A stretch of DNA of 24,000 nucleotides from Mycobacterium sp. KBS0706 (GCF_005938675.2 NZ_VCCH02000084.1:1-24000); one strand, 5' to 3'. Counted from the first letter of the stretch, positions 1 to 10,173 are shown. Notes: a model not told the origin generated them from the letters alone. Made by a program: numbers and translations.

Positions 1-456
1 CGGCGTCCGCCGCTTCAGCCAGATGGTGTAGACGAAGACGTAGAAGGCCGAGGCCGAGGCCAGGACCAGGGCGGCGATCCAGTTCACCGCCAGCCCCATC
101 ACCAGCACGGCGGCGACCGACAGGAACACGCCGAAGGCCAGCGCCTCGGACGGCGCGATGCGGCCGCGCACGATCGGCCGGCCGCAGGTCCGGCTCATCA
201 CCGCGTCGATGTCGCGGTCGTACCACATGTTGATGGCCCCGGCCGCGCCGGCGCCGACGGCGATGCACAGCACGGCGGTGGCGGCCAGGATGGGATGCAG
301 ATGGCCCGGCGCCGCGATCAGCCCGGCGATGCCGGTGAAGACGACGAGCGTCATCACCCGCGGCTTCAACAGCGCGAGATAGTCCTGCCAGGTGGCGCCG
401 CCTTCGGCGTCGGCCGCGGCGGTTCGGGCTGTCCGGTCCAGGGTCACGTCAACCAT
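1..456 (-). CDS. ctaB: Protoheme IX farnesyltransferase (heme O synthase), N-terminal part; the gene runs off the left edge
   Basis: Absent from the ORF track because it is truncated. My translation of the minus strand from the ATG at 456-454 gives [100 protein letters not shown]... This carries the UbiA-type NxxxDxxxD prenyltransferase motif. It lies directly downstream of ctaC-ctaD on the same strand. Confidence 0.85.
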   Translation of the reverse strand, partial: MVDVTLDRTARTAAADAEGGATWQDYLALLKPRVMTLVVFTGIAGLIAAPGHLHPILAATAVLCIAVGAGAAGAINMWYDRDIDAVMSRTCGRPIVRGRIAPSEALAFGVFLSVAAVLVMGLAVNWIAALVLASASAFYVFVYTIWLKRRTP

Positions 457-537
457 CATAAACCTCAAGCGGATCGGGCCGCACGGGGTATCCGCGCGGC
501 CCGGTCCGGTTTCCTCTTTCTTTCTCTCAGCCGCGGG

Positions 538-2208
<1,671 letters not shown>

Positions 2209-2225
2209 TCAGTCCCCGAGTGAGA

Positions 2226-3095
2226 TCATTGCCCGGCCTGGGCCAGCTTGGTGCGCGCCTGCGCCTCGTCCCAGGTCATGGTCAGAAGCTTCGGCTTCTC
2301 GGCCGGGTCGGGCCCGACCTTCTCGACGACCCATTTGTCGAAATCCGCGCGGCTGACCGCATGCACCTCGATCGGCATGTAGGCGTGGTCGGTGCCGCAG
2401 AGCTGCGAGCACTGGCCGTAATAGACGCCCGGCTTGTCGATGCGGACCCAGGTCTCGTTGGTCCGGCCCGGGATCGCGTCCTTCTTGACGCCGAAGGCGG
2501 GGATGGCCCAGGAGTGGATGACGTCGCCGGCGGTGGTCAGGATCTGGATGTCGGTGTCGACCGGCAGCACCACCGGGTTGTCGACCGACAGCATCCGCAC
2601 CTGGTCCGGCTTCAGATCCTCGTCCTTGACGCCGTAGCTGGTGTACTCGGCGACCTTCTGGTCCGGATACTCGTAGCCCCAGTACCACTGGTAGCCATGG
2701 GCGATCAGGGTCATCTCCGGGTTCGGCGTCCGGTCGCCGGCATAGAGCAGCCGGAAGGACGGCACCACGATGACCAGCAGGATCAGGACCGGCGCGACCG
2801 TCCAGATCACCTCGATCACGGTGTTGTGCGCGGTCTTGGACGGCACCGGGTTGCGCTCGGCGCTGAAGCGCCACATCACATAGACCAGCAGGCCCAGCAC
2901 GAACACCGTGAGCGCCACGATGATGACCAGGAGCAGGTTGTGGAAGCCGTTCATCTGCTCCTTGATCGACGAGGCTGCTTCCTGGAAGCCGAGCTGCCAG
3001 TTGTGCGGCGGGCCGTCGGCGAAGGCCGTGCCTGTGCCGAGGAGAAGCAAGGCCGACACCCCTGCCGCCAATTCACGCAGTCTGCCCGATCGCAT
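2226..3095 (-). CDS. ctaC: Cytochrome c oxidase subunit II
   Basis: The CuA motif (HSWAIPAFGVKKDAIPGR ... CSQLCGTDHAYM) and two N-terminal TM helices are present. The tracked ORF extends to 3284. I place the start at the ATG at 3095-3093 (MRSGRLRELAAGVSALLLLG, signal-like); the ATG at 3134 is an alternative. Confidence 0.9.
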   Translation of the reverse strand: MRSGRLRELAAGVSALLLLGTGTAFADGPPHNWQLGFQEAASSIKEQMNGFHNLLLVIIVALTVFVLGLLVYVMWRFSAERNPVPSKTAHNTVIEVIWTVAPVLILLVIVVPSFRLLYAGDRTPNPEMTLIAHGYQWYWGYEYPDQKVAEYTSYGVKDEDLKPDQVRMLSVDNPVVLPVDTDIQILTTAGDVIHSWAIPAFGVKKDAIPGRTNETWVRIDKPGVYYGQCSQLCGTDHAYMPIEVHAVSRADFDKWVVEKVGPDPAEKPKLLTMTWDEAQARTKLAQAGQ

Positions 3096-3424
3096 GCCGT
3101 GCGCTCTTTCGTTATCGTTGTCGTTCCCACCCATGGCCCATGCCGGCTGTCGCCGGTACTGGACTCCGTCCGGCCTTATAGCGATGGAACCGCAAGGGTT
3201 GAAGCCCTTACGACATCGCCGGCCGCATGAAGCCGGGCCAATCCTGGCCAGGGCGAAAATACAGGGCGTTCCGGGGGGCAACAACAGGCCGTGCTGCCGC
3301 GCCGCTCACGCAAATGGTCGCATCCCCTTGGCAAGCGATTCGGCCGCACCGCCGATCGGGGGCTGGCCCCCGCCGGCCGGCGGCACTATGTCTGGAGTCC
3401 AGATTCGCTGACCGGAATCCCGCC

Positions 3425-4858
3425 ATGAGCGTCCTCGACCAGACCGACGACCTGTTCTTCACCCAGGCCGGGCTCGACCGAGCCCGGCTCGAGCGGCTGG
3501 TCGGCGAGGCCCTGCAGGGGGCCGATGACGGCGAGCTGTTCCTGGAATACGTCCAGTCCGAGGGGCTGAGCTGGGACGACGGCAAGCTGAAGAGCGCCAG
3601 CTTCGACACCAGCCAGGGATTCGGCCTGCGCGCGGTGGCCGGCGAGACCACCGGTTACAGCCATGCTTCGACGCTGAGCGAGGATGCGGTCAAGCGGGCC
3701 GTGGAAACGGTGGGCGCGGTCCGCGCCGGCCATGGCGGCAGCCTGGCCGAGCCGCCGCAGGGCACCAACCGGCAGCTCTACACCGACGCCAACCCGCTTT
3801 CGGCCGTGCCGTTCGAGACCAAGGTCAAGGTTCTGGCTGAGATCGACGCCTATGCCCGGGCCAAGGATCCGCGGGTGCGCCAGGTCAGCGCCTCGATCAG
3901 CGGCAACTGGCAGGCGGTGCGGATCATCCGCGCCGATGGCCGGCACGCCGCCGACATCCGGCCGCTGGTGCGGGTCAACGTCTCGGTCGTGGTCGGCGAC
4001 GGCGACCGGATGGAAAGCGGCAGCCATGGCGCCGGCGGCCGCACCGGCTACGATCTCTATCTCGAGCCGGGGCAGTGGCAGGCGGCCGTGGACGAGGCGC
4101 TGCGGCAGGCCCTGGTGCGGCTGGACGCGGTCGAGGCGCCGGCCGGCGAGACCACCGTGGTGCTCGGCCCCGGCTGGCCCGGCATCCTGTTGCACGAGGC
4201 GATCGGCCATGGCCTCGAGGGCGACTTCAACCGTAAGAAGACCTCCGCCTTCTCCGGCCTGATGGGCCAGCGCGTGGCGGCGCCGGGCGTCACCGTGATC
4301 GACGACGGCACCCTGCCGGACCGGCGCGGCAGCCTGACGGTGGACGACGAGGGCACGCCGACCCGCAGCACCACGCTGATCGAGGACGGCATCCTGGTCG
4401 GCTTCATGCAGGACCGGATGAATGCCCGGCTGATGGGCGTGGCGCCGACCGGCAACGGCCGGCGGCAGAGCTATGCGCACCACCCGATGCCGCGGATGAC
4501 CAACACCATCATGCTCGGCGGCGGCACCTCGCCGGCCGAGATCCTGGCCTCGGTCAAGCGCGGCCTCTACGCCGTCAACTTCGCCGGCGGCCAGGTCGAT
4601 ATCACCAACGGCAAGTTCGTGTTCTCCGCCTCCGAGGCCTATCTGATCGAGGACGGAAAGATCGGGCCGGCGGTGAAAGGCGCGACCCTGATCGGCAACG
4701 GGCCTGATGCACTGACCAAGGTTTCGATGGTCGGCGACGACATGGCGCTCGACCCCGGCATCGGCACCTGCGGCAAGGAAGGCCAGGGCGTGCCGGTCGG
4801 CGTCGGCCAGCCGACCCTCAGGATCGACGGGCTGACGGTCGGCGGCACCCGCGCCTGA
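3425..4858 (+). CDS. tldD: Metalloprotease TldD
   Basis: Near end-to-end resemblance to E. coli TldD, including the HEAIGHGLEGD zinc motif and GNGRRQSYAHHPMPRMTNT. The tracked ORF starts at 3227, but the conserved N-terminus begins at the ATG at 3425 (MSVLDQTDDLFF). Confidence 0.93.
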   Translation: MSVLDQTDDLFFTQAGLDRARLERLVGEALQGADDGELFLEYVQSEGLSWDDGKLKSASFDTSQGFGLRAVAGETTGYSHASTLSEDAVKRAVETVGAVRAGHGGSLAEPPQGTNRQLYTDANPLSAVPFETKVKVLAEIDAYARAKDPRVRQVSASISGNWQAVRIIRADGRHAADIRPLVRVNVSVVVGDGDRMESGSHGAGGRTGYDLYLEPGQWQAAVDEALRQALVRLDAVEAPAGETTVVLGPGWPGILLHEAIGHGLEGDFNRKKTSAFSGLMGQRVAAPGVTVIDDGTLPDRRGSLTVDDEGTPTRSTTLIEDGILVGFMQDRMNARLMGVAPTGNGRRQSYAHHPMPRMTNTIMLGGGTSPAEILASVKRGLYAVNFAGGQVDITNGKFVFSASEAYLIEDGKIGPAVKGATLIGNGPDALTKVSMVGDDMALDPGIGTCGKEGQGVPVGVGQPTLRIDGLTVGGTRA

Positions 4859-5106
4859 CCGGTTGCTCTTTCGAACCTCACTGAAGACGGCTTCCTCTCA
4901 CGATCGGTCGTCAAGCACCTTGGCCGATCTTGAATATTATTTTATGTAATTTTGCAAACGATCGGTCCGTTCTGGTTAGATTCGACATACTCCTAACCTC
5001 CTACTCATTTGAGTGGTTCGTCCCTCTTGAACAATTTTACTACTTATGGCGTTATGAAGATGCGCTTTTGGCGTTATTTTATGATAGCTGTTTGGGGGAG
5101 AGAGAC
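4859..5106 (+). promoter_or_regulatory. AT-rich control region upstream of the pilus operon
   Basis: GC drops sharply relative to both flanks. It contains a TATGAT -10-like hexamer (5080-5085) with no good -35. It also has two copies of CTT[A/T]TGGCGTTAT (5043-5055, 5065-5077) spaced 22 bp apart, and a strong SD, GGGGGAGAG, just before the GTG at 5107. Confidence 0.45.
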
Positions 5107-5604
5107 GTGCGTGTCTCGTCGAGTTTTTTGATTGGTGCGGCGATCGCATTCTTGGCGCCAGCCAGTATTGTCCAGGCCGCGACGGCGACCACGACCTTCC
5201 AGGTCACGGCGACCGTACTGAAGTTCTGCATCGTGGTGGCGACGCCGATGGCGTTCGGCAACTACACCAGCTCGACGGTGTCCGAGACGACCTCGGATAT
5301 CACGGTCACCTGCACCAACGGCACGCCTTACGACATCGGCCTCAGCGCCGGCACGGCGGCTGGCGCCACCGTGACCACGCGCCAGATGTCGGGCACCACC
5401 GTCACCGCCGCCCGGCTGAACTACTTCCTTTACAGCGACTCCGGGCGCACCGTGAACTGGGGCGACACGGTGGGCACCGACACGGTCCATATCACCGCCG
5501 GCGCCACCCCGATCATCTCGACCGTCTACGGCCGCGTCCCGGCCGGCCAGTTCGTCGCCCCCGACGCCTATCTCGACACGATCGCCGTCACGGTCACCTA
5601 CTGA
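5107..5604 (+). CDS. Spore-coat-protein-U (SCPU) domain / Csu-type fimbrial major subunit
   Basis: Signal peptide (VRVSSSFLIGAAIAFLAPASIVQA). SCPU-like pattern follows: FGNY ... ITVTCTNGTPYDIGLSAG ... RQM ... LNYFLYSD ... NWGD ... YGRVPAGQ ... YLDTIAVTVTY. The GTG start at 5107 is chosen for its SD; the tracked TTG at 4930 lies in the AT-rich leader. Confidence 0.85.
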   Translation: MRVSSSFLIGAAIAFLAPASIVQAATATTTFQVTATVLKFCIVVATPMAFGNYTSSTVSETTSDITVTCTNGTPYDIGLSAGTAAGATVTTRQMSGTTVTAARLNYFLYSDSGRTVNWGDTVGTDTVHITAGATPIISTVYGRVPAGQFVAPDAYLDTIAVTVTY

Positions 5605-5618
5605 CCCGGGGAGGCACC

Positions 5619-6341
5619 GTGACGGCGATGCGGCGATGCCTCCCCCTGATCGCGGCGGCCTGGGCAGCGCTGTGCTTCGGCAGCGCGGCTGCCTGGGCTG
5701 GCGGGCTCGAGGTCGCGCCGCTCGGCGTCGACTTCGCGCCGGGCCAGATGGCGCAGACCATCACGGTGGCCAACCGGGCCACCGCGGCGACGACGATCCA
5801 GGTGCGGACCTTCGACTGGTCGCAGCCCGGCGGCGCCGACCAGCTGGTCCCGACCGATGCCGTGGTCGCCAGCCCGCCGATCGTCACCATCCCGCCGGGG
5901 CGGGAGCAGGTGATCCGGGTGCTGTTGCGCCGGCCCTCCGCAGGGGCGGCGGAGAAGAGCTATCGGCTGTCGGTCGACGAGATTCCGGTGCCCGTGCCGG
6001 GCCAGATCAACCTGGCCCTGCGCCTGTCGTTGCCGATCTTCGTCTCCGCGGCCATCCCCGGGCAGGCCAGGGTCGCCTGGTCGGCCCGGCCGGCCGGGAG
6101 CGGGGTGGTCGAGGTGGCGGCCCGCAACGACGGCACGATCCACGCCAAGTTCGACAGCCTGACCGTCGCCACCCGCGGAGGCGCGGCCAGCCGGGCCTTC
6201 GGCGGCTATGTGCTGCCGGGCCAGGAAAAGCGGTGGCAGATCCCTCTGCGCGGGCTGGACCGCGCCGGGCAGGTCACGTTGCGCGGCAATGGCGCCCAGG
6301 GCGGGGTCGATGTCACGATCGCCCTGGACGGCCGCCCTTAA
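5619..6341 (+). CDS. Periplasmic pilus chaperone (PapD/CsuC-like)
   Basis: 240-aa ORF with a signal peptide (LIAAAWAALCFGSAAAWA). Its size and beta-rich sequence fit chaperone-usher chaperones, and it sits between a pilin gene and an usher gene. SD GGGGAGG at 5608-5614. The start is either the GTG at 5619 or the ATG at 5628. Confidence 0.8.
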   Translation: MTAMRRCLPLIAAAWAALCFGSAAAWAGGLEVAPLGVDFAPGQMAQTITVANRATAATTIQVRTFDWSQPGGADQLVPTDAVVASPPIVTIPPGREQVIRVLLRRPSAGAAEKSYRLSVDEIPVPVPGQINLALRLSLPIFVSAAIPGQARVAWSARPAGSGVVEVAARNDGTIHAKFDSLTVATRGGAASRAFGGYVLPGQEKRWQIPLRGLDRAGQVTLRGNGAQGGVDVTIALDGRP

Positions 6342-8628
6342 GGCAGGCGCCGTGCTCGCCGCTGCTGGATGGCTGGCGGCCGGGCCGGCGACGGCGGAGG
6401 ACCGCGCTCTTTTTCTCGACGTCACGGTCAACGGCCAGAGCCAGCAGCTGATCGGGGAGTTCGTGGAGCGTGACGGGACCCTCTATGTGACGCCGGAGGA
6501 GCTGCAGGCGGTCGGCGTGCGGGCGCCCGAGGGTGTCGATCCCGCCGCCGACGGGCTGCTGCCGCTGTCCGCCGTCCCCGGCCTGCGCTACGACTATGAC
6601 GTGCCGGCCCAGGCGCTGCGCATCGACCTGCCGGAGGAGGGGCGCCAGCCGGTGCAGATCGGGGCGCGCGACACCCGGGTTGCCCAGGCCGACAGCGCCT
6701 ACGGCCTGCTGCTCAACTACGACCTGATCGGCACCCGCGGCGACGATTCGACCTATGGCTCCGGCGTGGTGGAAGGCCGCGTCTTCGGGCCGCTCGGCGT
6801 GCTCGACACCAGCTTCCTCGGCAATATCGGCTCCGGCGGCGGGCAGGATGAGGGGGTGATCCGGCTGGACACCACCTGGACTTATTCCGACCCCGGCGCG
6901 CTGCGCCGCTACCGGCTGGGCGATTTCATCAGCGGCGGCCTGGCCTGGACCCGGCCGGTGCGGATGATCGGCGGCCAGGTCGACCGCGACTTCACCATGC
7001 GGCCCGACCTCATCACCTTCCCGGTGCCGGCCTTCGGCGGCGACGCCGCGGTGCCGTCCACCGTCGACGTCTACATCAACAACGTGAAGCAGTTCACGAC
7101 CGAGGTGAAGCCGGGCCCGTTCGAGATCACCAGCCTGCCGGTGCTGACCGGCGGCGGCGACGCCCGTGTCGTGGTGCGCGACGCGCTGGGCCGCGAGACG
7201 GTGCAGACGCTGCCCTTCTACGCCAGCAACAGCCTGCTGCGCGAAGGCTTCGTCGACTATTCCTTCGAGGCCGGCTCGGTCCGCCGGCGCTACGGCGAGG
7301 CCAGCGCCGACTATTCCGGCTTCGCCGGCATCGGCTCGCTGCGCTACGGCCTCGACGACACGCTCACCCTGGAAGGCCATGTCGAGGCCAGCCGCGACCT
7401 GGTCCTGGGCGGTGCCGGCGTGGTCTATGGCGTCGGCACGCTCGGCACCGTCAACGCCGCGCTGGCGGGCAGCCACTCCGGCGGCGATTCGGGCCTGCAA
7501 TACGCGGTCGGGGTCGAGCATCTCGAGCCGCGCTGGAGCGTCGGCCTGCAGCACACCGGCACCGCCGGGGTCTATCGGGACGTGGCGTCGGTGGACGACC
7601 GCAGCCGGCTGCGCAGCAGTACCCGGGCCAGCGCCAGCCTCAACCTCGGCCGCTGGGGATCGTTCGGCGTCGTCTATGCCGAGCTCGACCGCACCGATTT
7701 CGGCCGGACGCAGATCGCCTCGGGCAACTACAGCGTGACGCTGTTCGACGACATCCAGCTGGTGGCCACCAGCTTCCTCGACCTCGACGACGGTTCGAAT
7801 GCCGGGGTGATGCTGTCGCTCACCGTCCCCCTCGGCCGCGAGACCAGCGTCGGCCTGGACGCCACGGCCCAGAACGGCCAGCGCTGGCTGACCCAGCGCG
7901 TCAGCTACGTCCAGGACACCGGCGTCTCCGACCGCGGCCTGGTGGTGAACGCCCAGGCCAGCGAAGGCGACCTGCGCCGCTATTCCGGCCAGGTCGACTA
8001 TCGCACGGCGCTGGCCGATTTCACCGTGGCGGCCGACCAGATCGACGACCAGACCAGCGTCCGCGGCGAGATCCGCGGCTCGCTCACCACGGCCGGCGGC
8101 GGGGTGTTCCTCGGCCAGCGCATCGATGACAGCTTCGCCGTGGTGGACACCGGCCTGCCCGATGTCGGCGTGACGCTGGAGAACCGGCCGGTCGGGCGCA
8201 CGGGCAGCGGCGGCCAGCTGCTGGTCCGCGGCCTGCGCGCCTATGAGGCCAACAAGATGGCGATCGACGTGACCGACCTGCCGGCCGACGCCGCCTTCGA
8301 CGACACCCGGCGCAGCGTGGTCCCGGCCGACCGCAGCGGCATCGTGGTGCCCTTCCCGGTCCGTGTCGGCGACGCCGCCACGATCCTGATCCATCGGCCC
8401 GACGGCACCGCGGTGCCGCCCGGCTCGACCCTGGTGCTGGACGGCGGCGGGGCGGAGCCGCTGCCGGTCGGCTATGACGGGCTGGGCTATGCCACCGGCC
8501 TGCAGCCGGAGAATGCCGGCACGGTGACCCTGCCGGACGGCAGCCAGTGCCGAATCGCCTTCGCTTTCGCGCCCGCGCCCGGCGACATCCCCCAGATCGG
8601 TCCCGTCACCTGCGGAGGAGCGCCATGA
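6310..8628 (+). CDS. Outer-membrane fimbrial usher (CsuD-like)
   Basis: About 770 aa. The N-terminus LFLDVTVNGQSQQLIGEFVERDGTLYVTPEELQAVGV is typical of ushers of SCPU-type systems. I choose the ATG at 6310 because it gives a proper signal peptide (MSRSPWTAALKAGAVLAAAGWLAAGPATA). It overlaps the chaperone gene by 32 nt; the GTG at 6352 is an alternative. Confidence 0.85.
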   Translation: MSRSPWTAALKAGAVLAAAGWLAAGPATAEDRALFLDVTVNGQSQQLIGEFVERDGTLYVTPEELQAVGVRAPEGVDPAADGLLPLSAVPGLRYDYDVPAQALRIDLPEEGRQPVQIGARDTRVAQADSAYGLLLNYDLIGTRGDDSTYGSGVVEGRVFGPLGVLDTSFLGNIGSGGGQDEGVIRLDTTWTYSDPGALRRYRLGDFISGGLAWTRPVRMIGGQVDRDFTMRPDLITFPVPAFGGDAAVPSTVDVYINNVKQFTTEVKPGPFEITSLPVLTGGGDARVVVRDALGRETVQTLPFYASNSLLREGFVDYSFEAGSVRRRYGEASADYSGFAGIGSLRYGLDDTLTLEGHVEASRDLVLGGAGVVYGVGTLGTVNAALAGSHSGGDSGLQYAVGVEHLEPRWSVGLQHTGTAGVYRDVASVDDRSRLRSSTRASASLNLGRWGSFGVVYAELDRTDFGRTQIASGNYSVTLFDDIQLVATSFLDLDDGSNAGVMLSLTVPLGRETSVGLDATAQNGQRWLTQRVSYVQDTGVSDRGLVVNAQASEGDLRRYSGQVDYRTALADFTVAADQIDDQTSVRGEIRGSLTTAGGGVFLGQRIDDSFAVVDTGLPDVGVTLENRPVGRTGSGGQLLVRGLRAYEANKMAIDVTDLPADAAFDDTRRSVVPADRSGIVVPFPVRVGDAATILIHRPDGTAVPPGSTLVLDGGGAEPLPVGYDGLGYATGLQPENAGTVTLPDGSQCRIAFAFAPAPGDIPQIGPVTCGGAP

Positions 8629-9131
8629 GACGATTCCTGCTGTCGCTTCTGGTGGCGGCCTGTGCCCTCCTGGCCGGTGGCCAGGCCCGCGCCGCCGGCG
8701 AAAGCTGCTCGGTGACTGCGACCGCGCTCGCATTCGGCAATTTCGCGCCGCTGTCGGGCACGGTGCTGGACGCGACGTCGACGATCACGGTGACCTGCGT
8801 CTGCCCGGCGCTGTGCCTCGGCATCAACTACACGGTCGCGGTCAGCACCGGCGGGTCGGGCACCTTCTCGCCGCGGCGGATGAGCGCCGGGACGCCGACG
8901 CTGGCCTATAACGGCTACACCGCCGCCGCCCGTACCACGGTGTGGGGCGACGGCAGCGGCAGCACCGCGGTGCAGACGCGCTGCCGGCTGGTCGGCGCCA
9001 TCGGCAGCAGCTGGGTCGAGCCGATCACCTTCTATGGGCGGATCCCGGTCAACACCGCCGCGATTCCCGGCAGCTACACGGACACGCTCAACGTGACCGT
9101 CACCTATACCGGCATCTCGCTCTGCCTCTAG
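8625..9131 (+). CDS. Second SCPU-domain fimbrial subunit (minor or tip subunit candidate)
   Basis: The ATG at 8625 overlaps the usher stop (ATGA). Signal peptide MRRFLLSLLVAACALLAGGQARA. SCPU-like pattern: CSVTATALAFGNF ... ITVTC ... RRM ... YGRIPVN ... YTDTLNVTVTY, followed by the extra tail TGISLCL. Confidence 0.8.
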   Translation: MRRFLLSLLVAACALLAGGQARAAGESCSVTATALAFGNFAPLSGTVLDATSTITVTCVCPALCLGINYTVAVSTGGSGTFSPRRMSAGTPTLAYNGYTAAARTTVWGDGSGSTAVQTRCRLVGAIGSSWVEPITFYGRIPVNTAAIPGSYTDTLNVTVTYTGISLCL

Positions 9132-9179
9132 CCACGGTCCGGCTACTCTGGGCCGAAGGACTCAGCCAGGGAGGAGCGC

Positions 9180-9518
9180 ATGATCGCCGTGATCTTCGAG
9201 GTCGAGCCGGCGGAGGGCCGGTTCGACGACTACCTCGACCATGCCGCCCGGCTGCGCCCGGTGCTGGAGCGGATGCCCGGCTTCATCTCGGTCGAGCGCT
9301 TCCGCAGCCTGACCAATCCGGACAAGTTGCTGTCGCTGTCCTTCTGGGAGGACGAGGCGGCGGTGGCCGGCTGGCGCAGCCGGGCCGAGCACCGCGCCGC
9401 CCAGGCCGCCGGCCGGGCCGGCATCTTCCAGGGCTACCGCCTGCGCATCGCCGCGGTGCTGCGCGACTACGACATGGACGAGCATCGCGAGCAGGCGCCG
9501 GCCGATTCACCGTTCTAG
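9180..9518 (+). CDS. Antibiotic-biosynthesis-monooxygenase (ABM) domain protein
   Basis: 112 aa. Dimeric alpha-beta-barrel pattern (MIAVIFEVEP ... GFISVERFRS ... LSLSFWEDEAAVAGWR). SD GGGAGGAG lies upstream. Confidence 0.7.
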   Translation: MIAVIFEVEPAEGRFDDYLDHAARLRPVLERMPGFISVERFRSLTNPDKLLSLSFWEDEAAVAGWRSRAEHRAAQAAGRAGIFQGYRLRIAAVLRDYDMDEHREQAPADSPF

Positions 9519-9904
9519 GGCGCGGCCACCAGGTCGGTCCGGCTGAAATCGTCGCCCTTGAACAGGAGGGGCTCGCCCCTTGTTGCCGCGAGGGCATAGG
9601 CGAAGCAGTCGCCGTAGTTCAGCCCGGCCGGGTGCCGGCCCTTGCCGAAGCGGCGCCATGCGCGCCGCGCCATCTGGGCTTGGTCGGCATCTACCGGAGC
9701 GACTTCGGCATCGAGCCGATGGAGCCAGAGGTCGAATTCCCGGCCGCCCGCATCTCCCAGCCGTGACTCGATCACGATGGCAGCCTCGACCAGGGTTGCT
9801 GCCGAGATCAGCCGCACCGGATCTGCAGCGATCCGTCGCTCGAAATCGGGGGCCTCCGGCTCGTCGAGCAAGATGGCGAGGATCGCCGAAGTGTCGATCA
9901 CCAT
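9515..9904 (-). CDS. vapC: Type II toxin VapC (PIN-domain ribonuclease)
   Basis: The MVIDTSAILAIL start is typical of PIN toxins, and conserved acidic residues are present (D4, E40-region, D95-region GDCFAYALA). It overlaps the upstream antitoxin by 1 nt (TGATG). Confidence 0.88.
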   Translation of the reverse strand: MVIDTSAILAILLDEPEAPDFERRIAADPVRLISAATLVEAAIVIESRLGDAGGREFDLWLHRLDAEVAPVDADQAQMARRAWRRFGKGRHPAGLNYGDCFAYALAATRGEPLLFKGDDFSRTDLVAAP

Positions 9905-10158
9905 CAGCGCGGCAGCCCGTCCTGGTCGTAGCCCAGGATCTCGTCCGGGCTGCGGCGATCCAGGATGGGCAGGGCCGCCATCCGCTTGCGGATTGCGGCC
10001 ATCTCCTCGAGCAGCAACGGCGCCTTCCTGGCACCGACCACGCGCCGAAGCCGATCCTCCAGGGCACGCCGAGTCGCCTCGGTGATCGACTCGCCAGTCC
10101 GCCGCGCCAGCTCGCGAGCCAACGTCTCGGTTTCCGGATCCTTGATGCTGAGGGCCAT
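9904..10158 (-). CDS. vapB: Type II antitoxin VapB (Rv0623-like / PSK transcription factor type)
   Basis: These are the last 84 aa of the tracked 318-aa ORF: MALSIKDPETETLARELARRTGESITEATRRALEDRL... This is a typical N-terminus for this antitoxin family. ATG at 10158-10156 with SD AGGAAC, and the gene is coupled to vapC. Confidence 0.8.
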   Translation of the reverse strand: MALSIKDPETETLARELARRTGESITEATRRALEDRLRRVVGARKAPLLLEEMAAIRKRMAALPILDRRSPDEILGYDQDGLPR

Positions 10159-10173
10159 AATGGTTCCTGGGTA

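Noticed and set aside
6313-8733. 806-aa minus-strand ORF, exactly as long as the usher gene it mirrors
   Set aside because: This is a shadow ORF, as expected in about 70% GC DNA where stop codons are rare on the antisense strand. Its product is Arg/Ala/Gly/Asp-rich with no recognisable domain. The plus-strand frame encodes a clear usher with a signal peptide and operon context.
9515-9518. Convergent gene pairs that share a CTAG, so both stop codons (TAG on each strand) overlap. This occurs here (ABM/vapC) and again at 17339-17342 (lipoprotein/phzF)
   Set aside because: The observation is real but most simply explained by genome compaction and the palindromic nature of CTAG. No hairpin or other signal accompanies either site.
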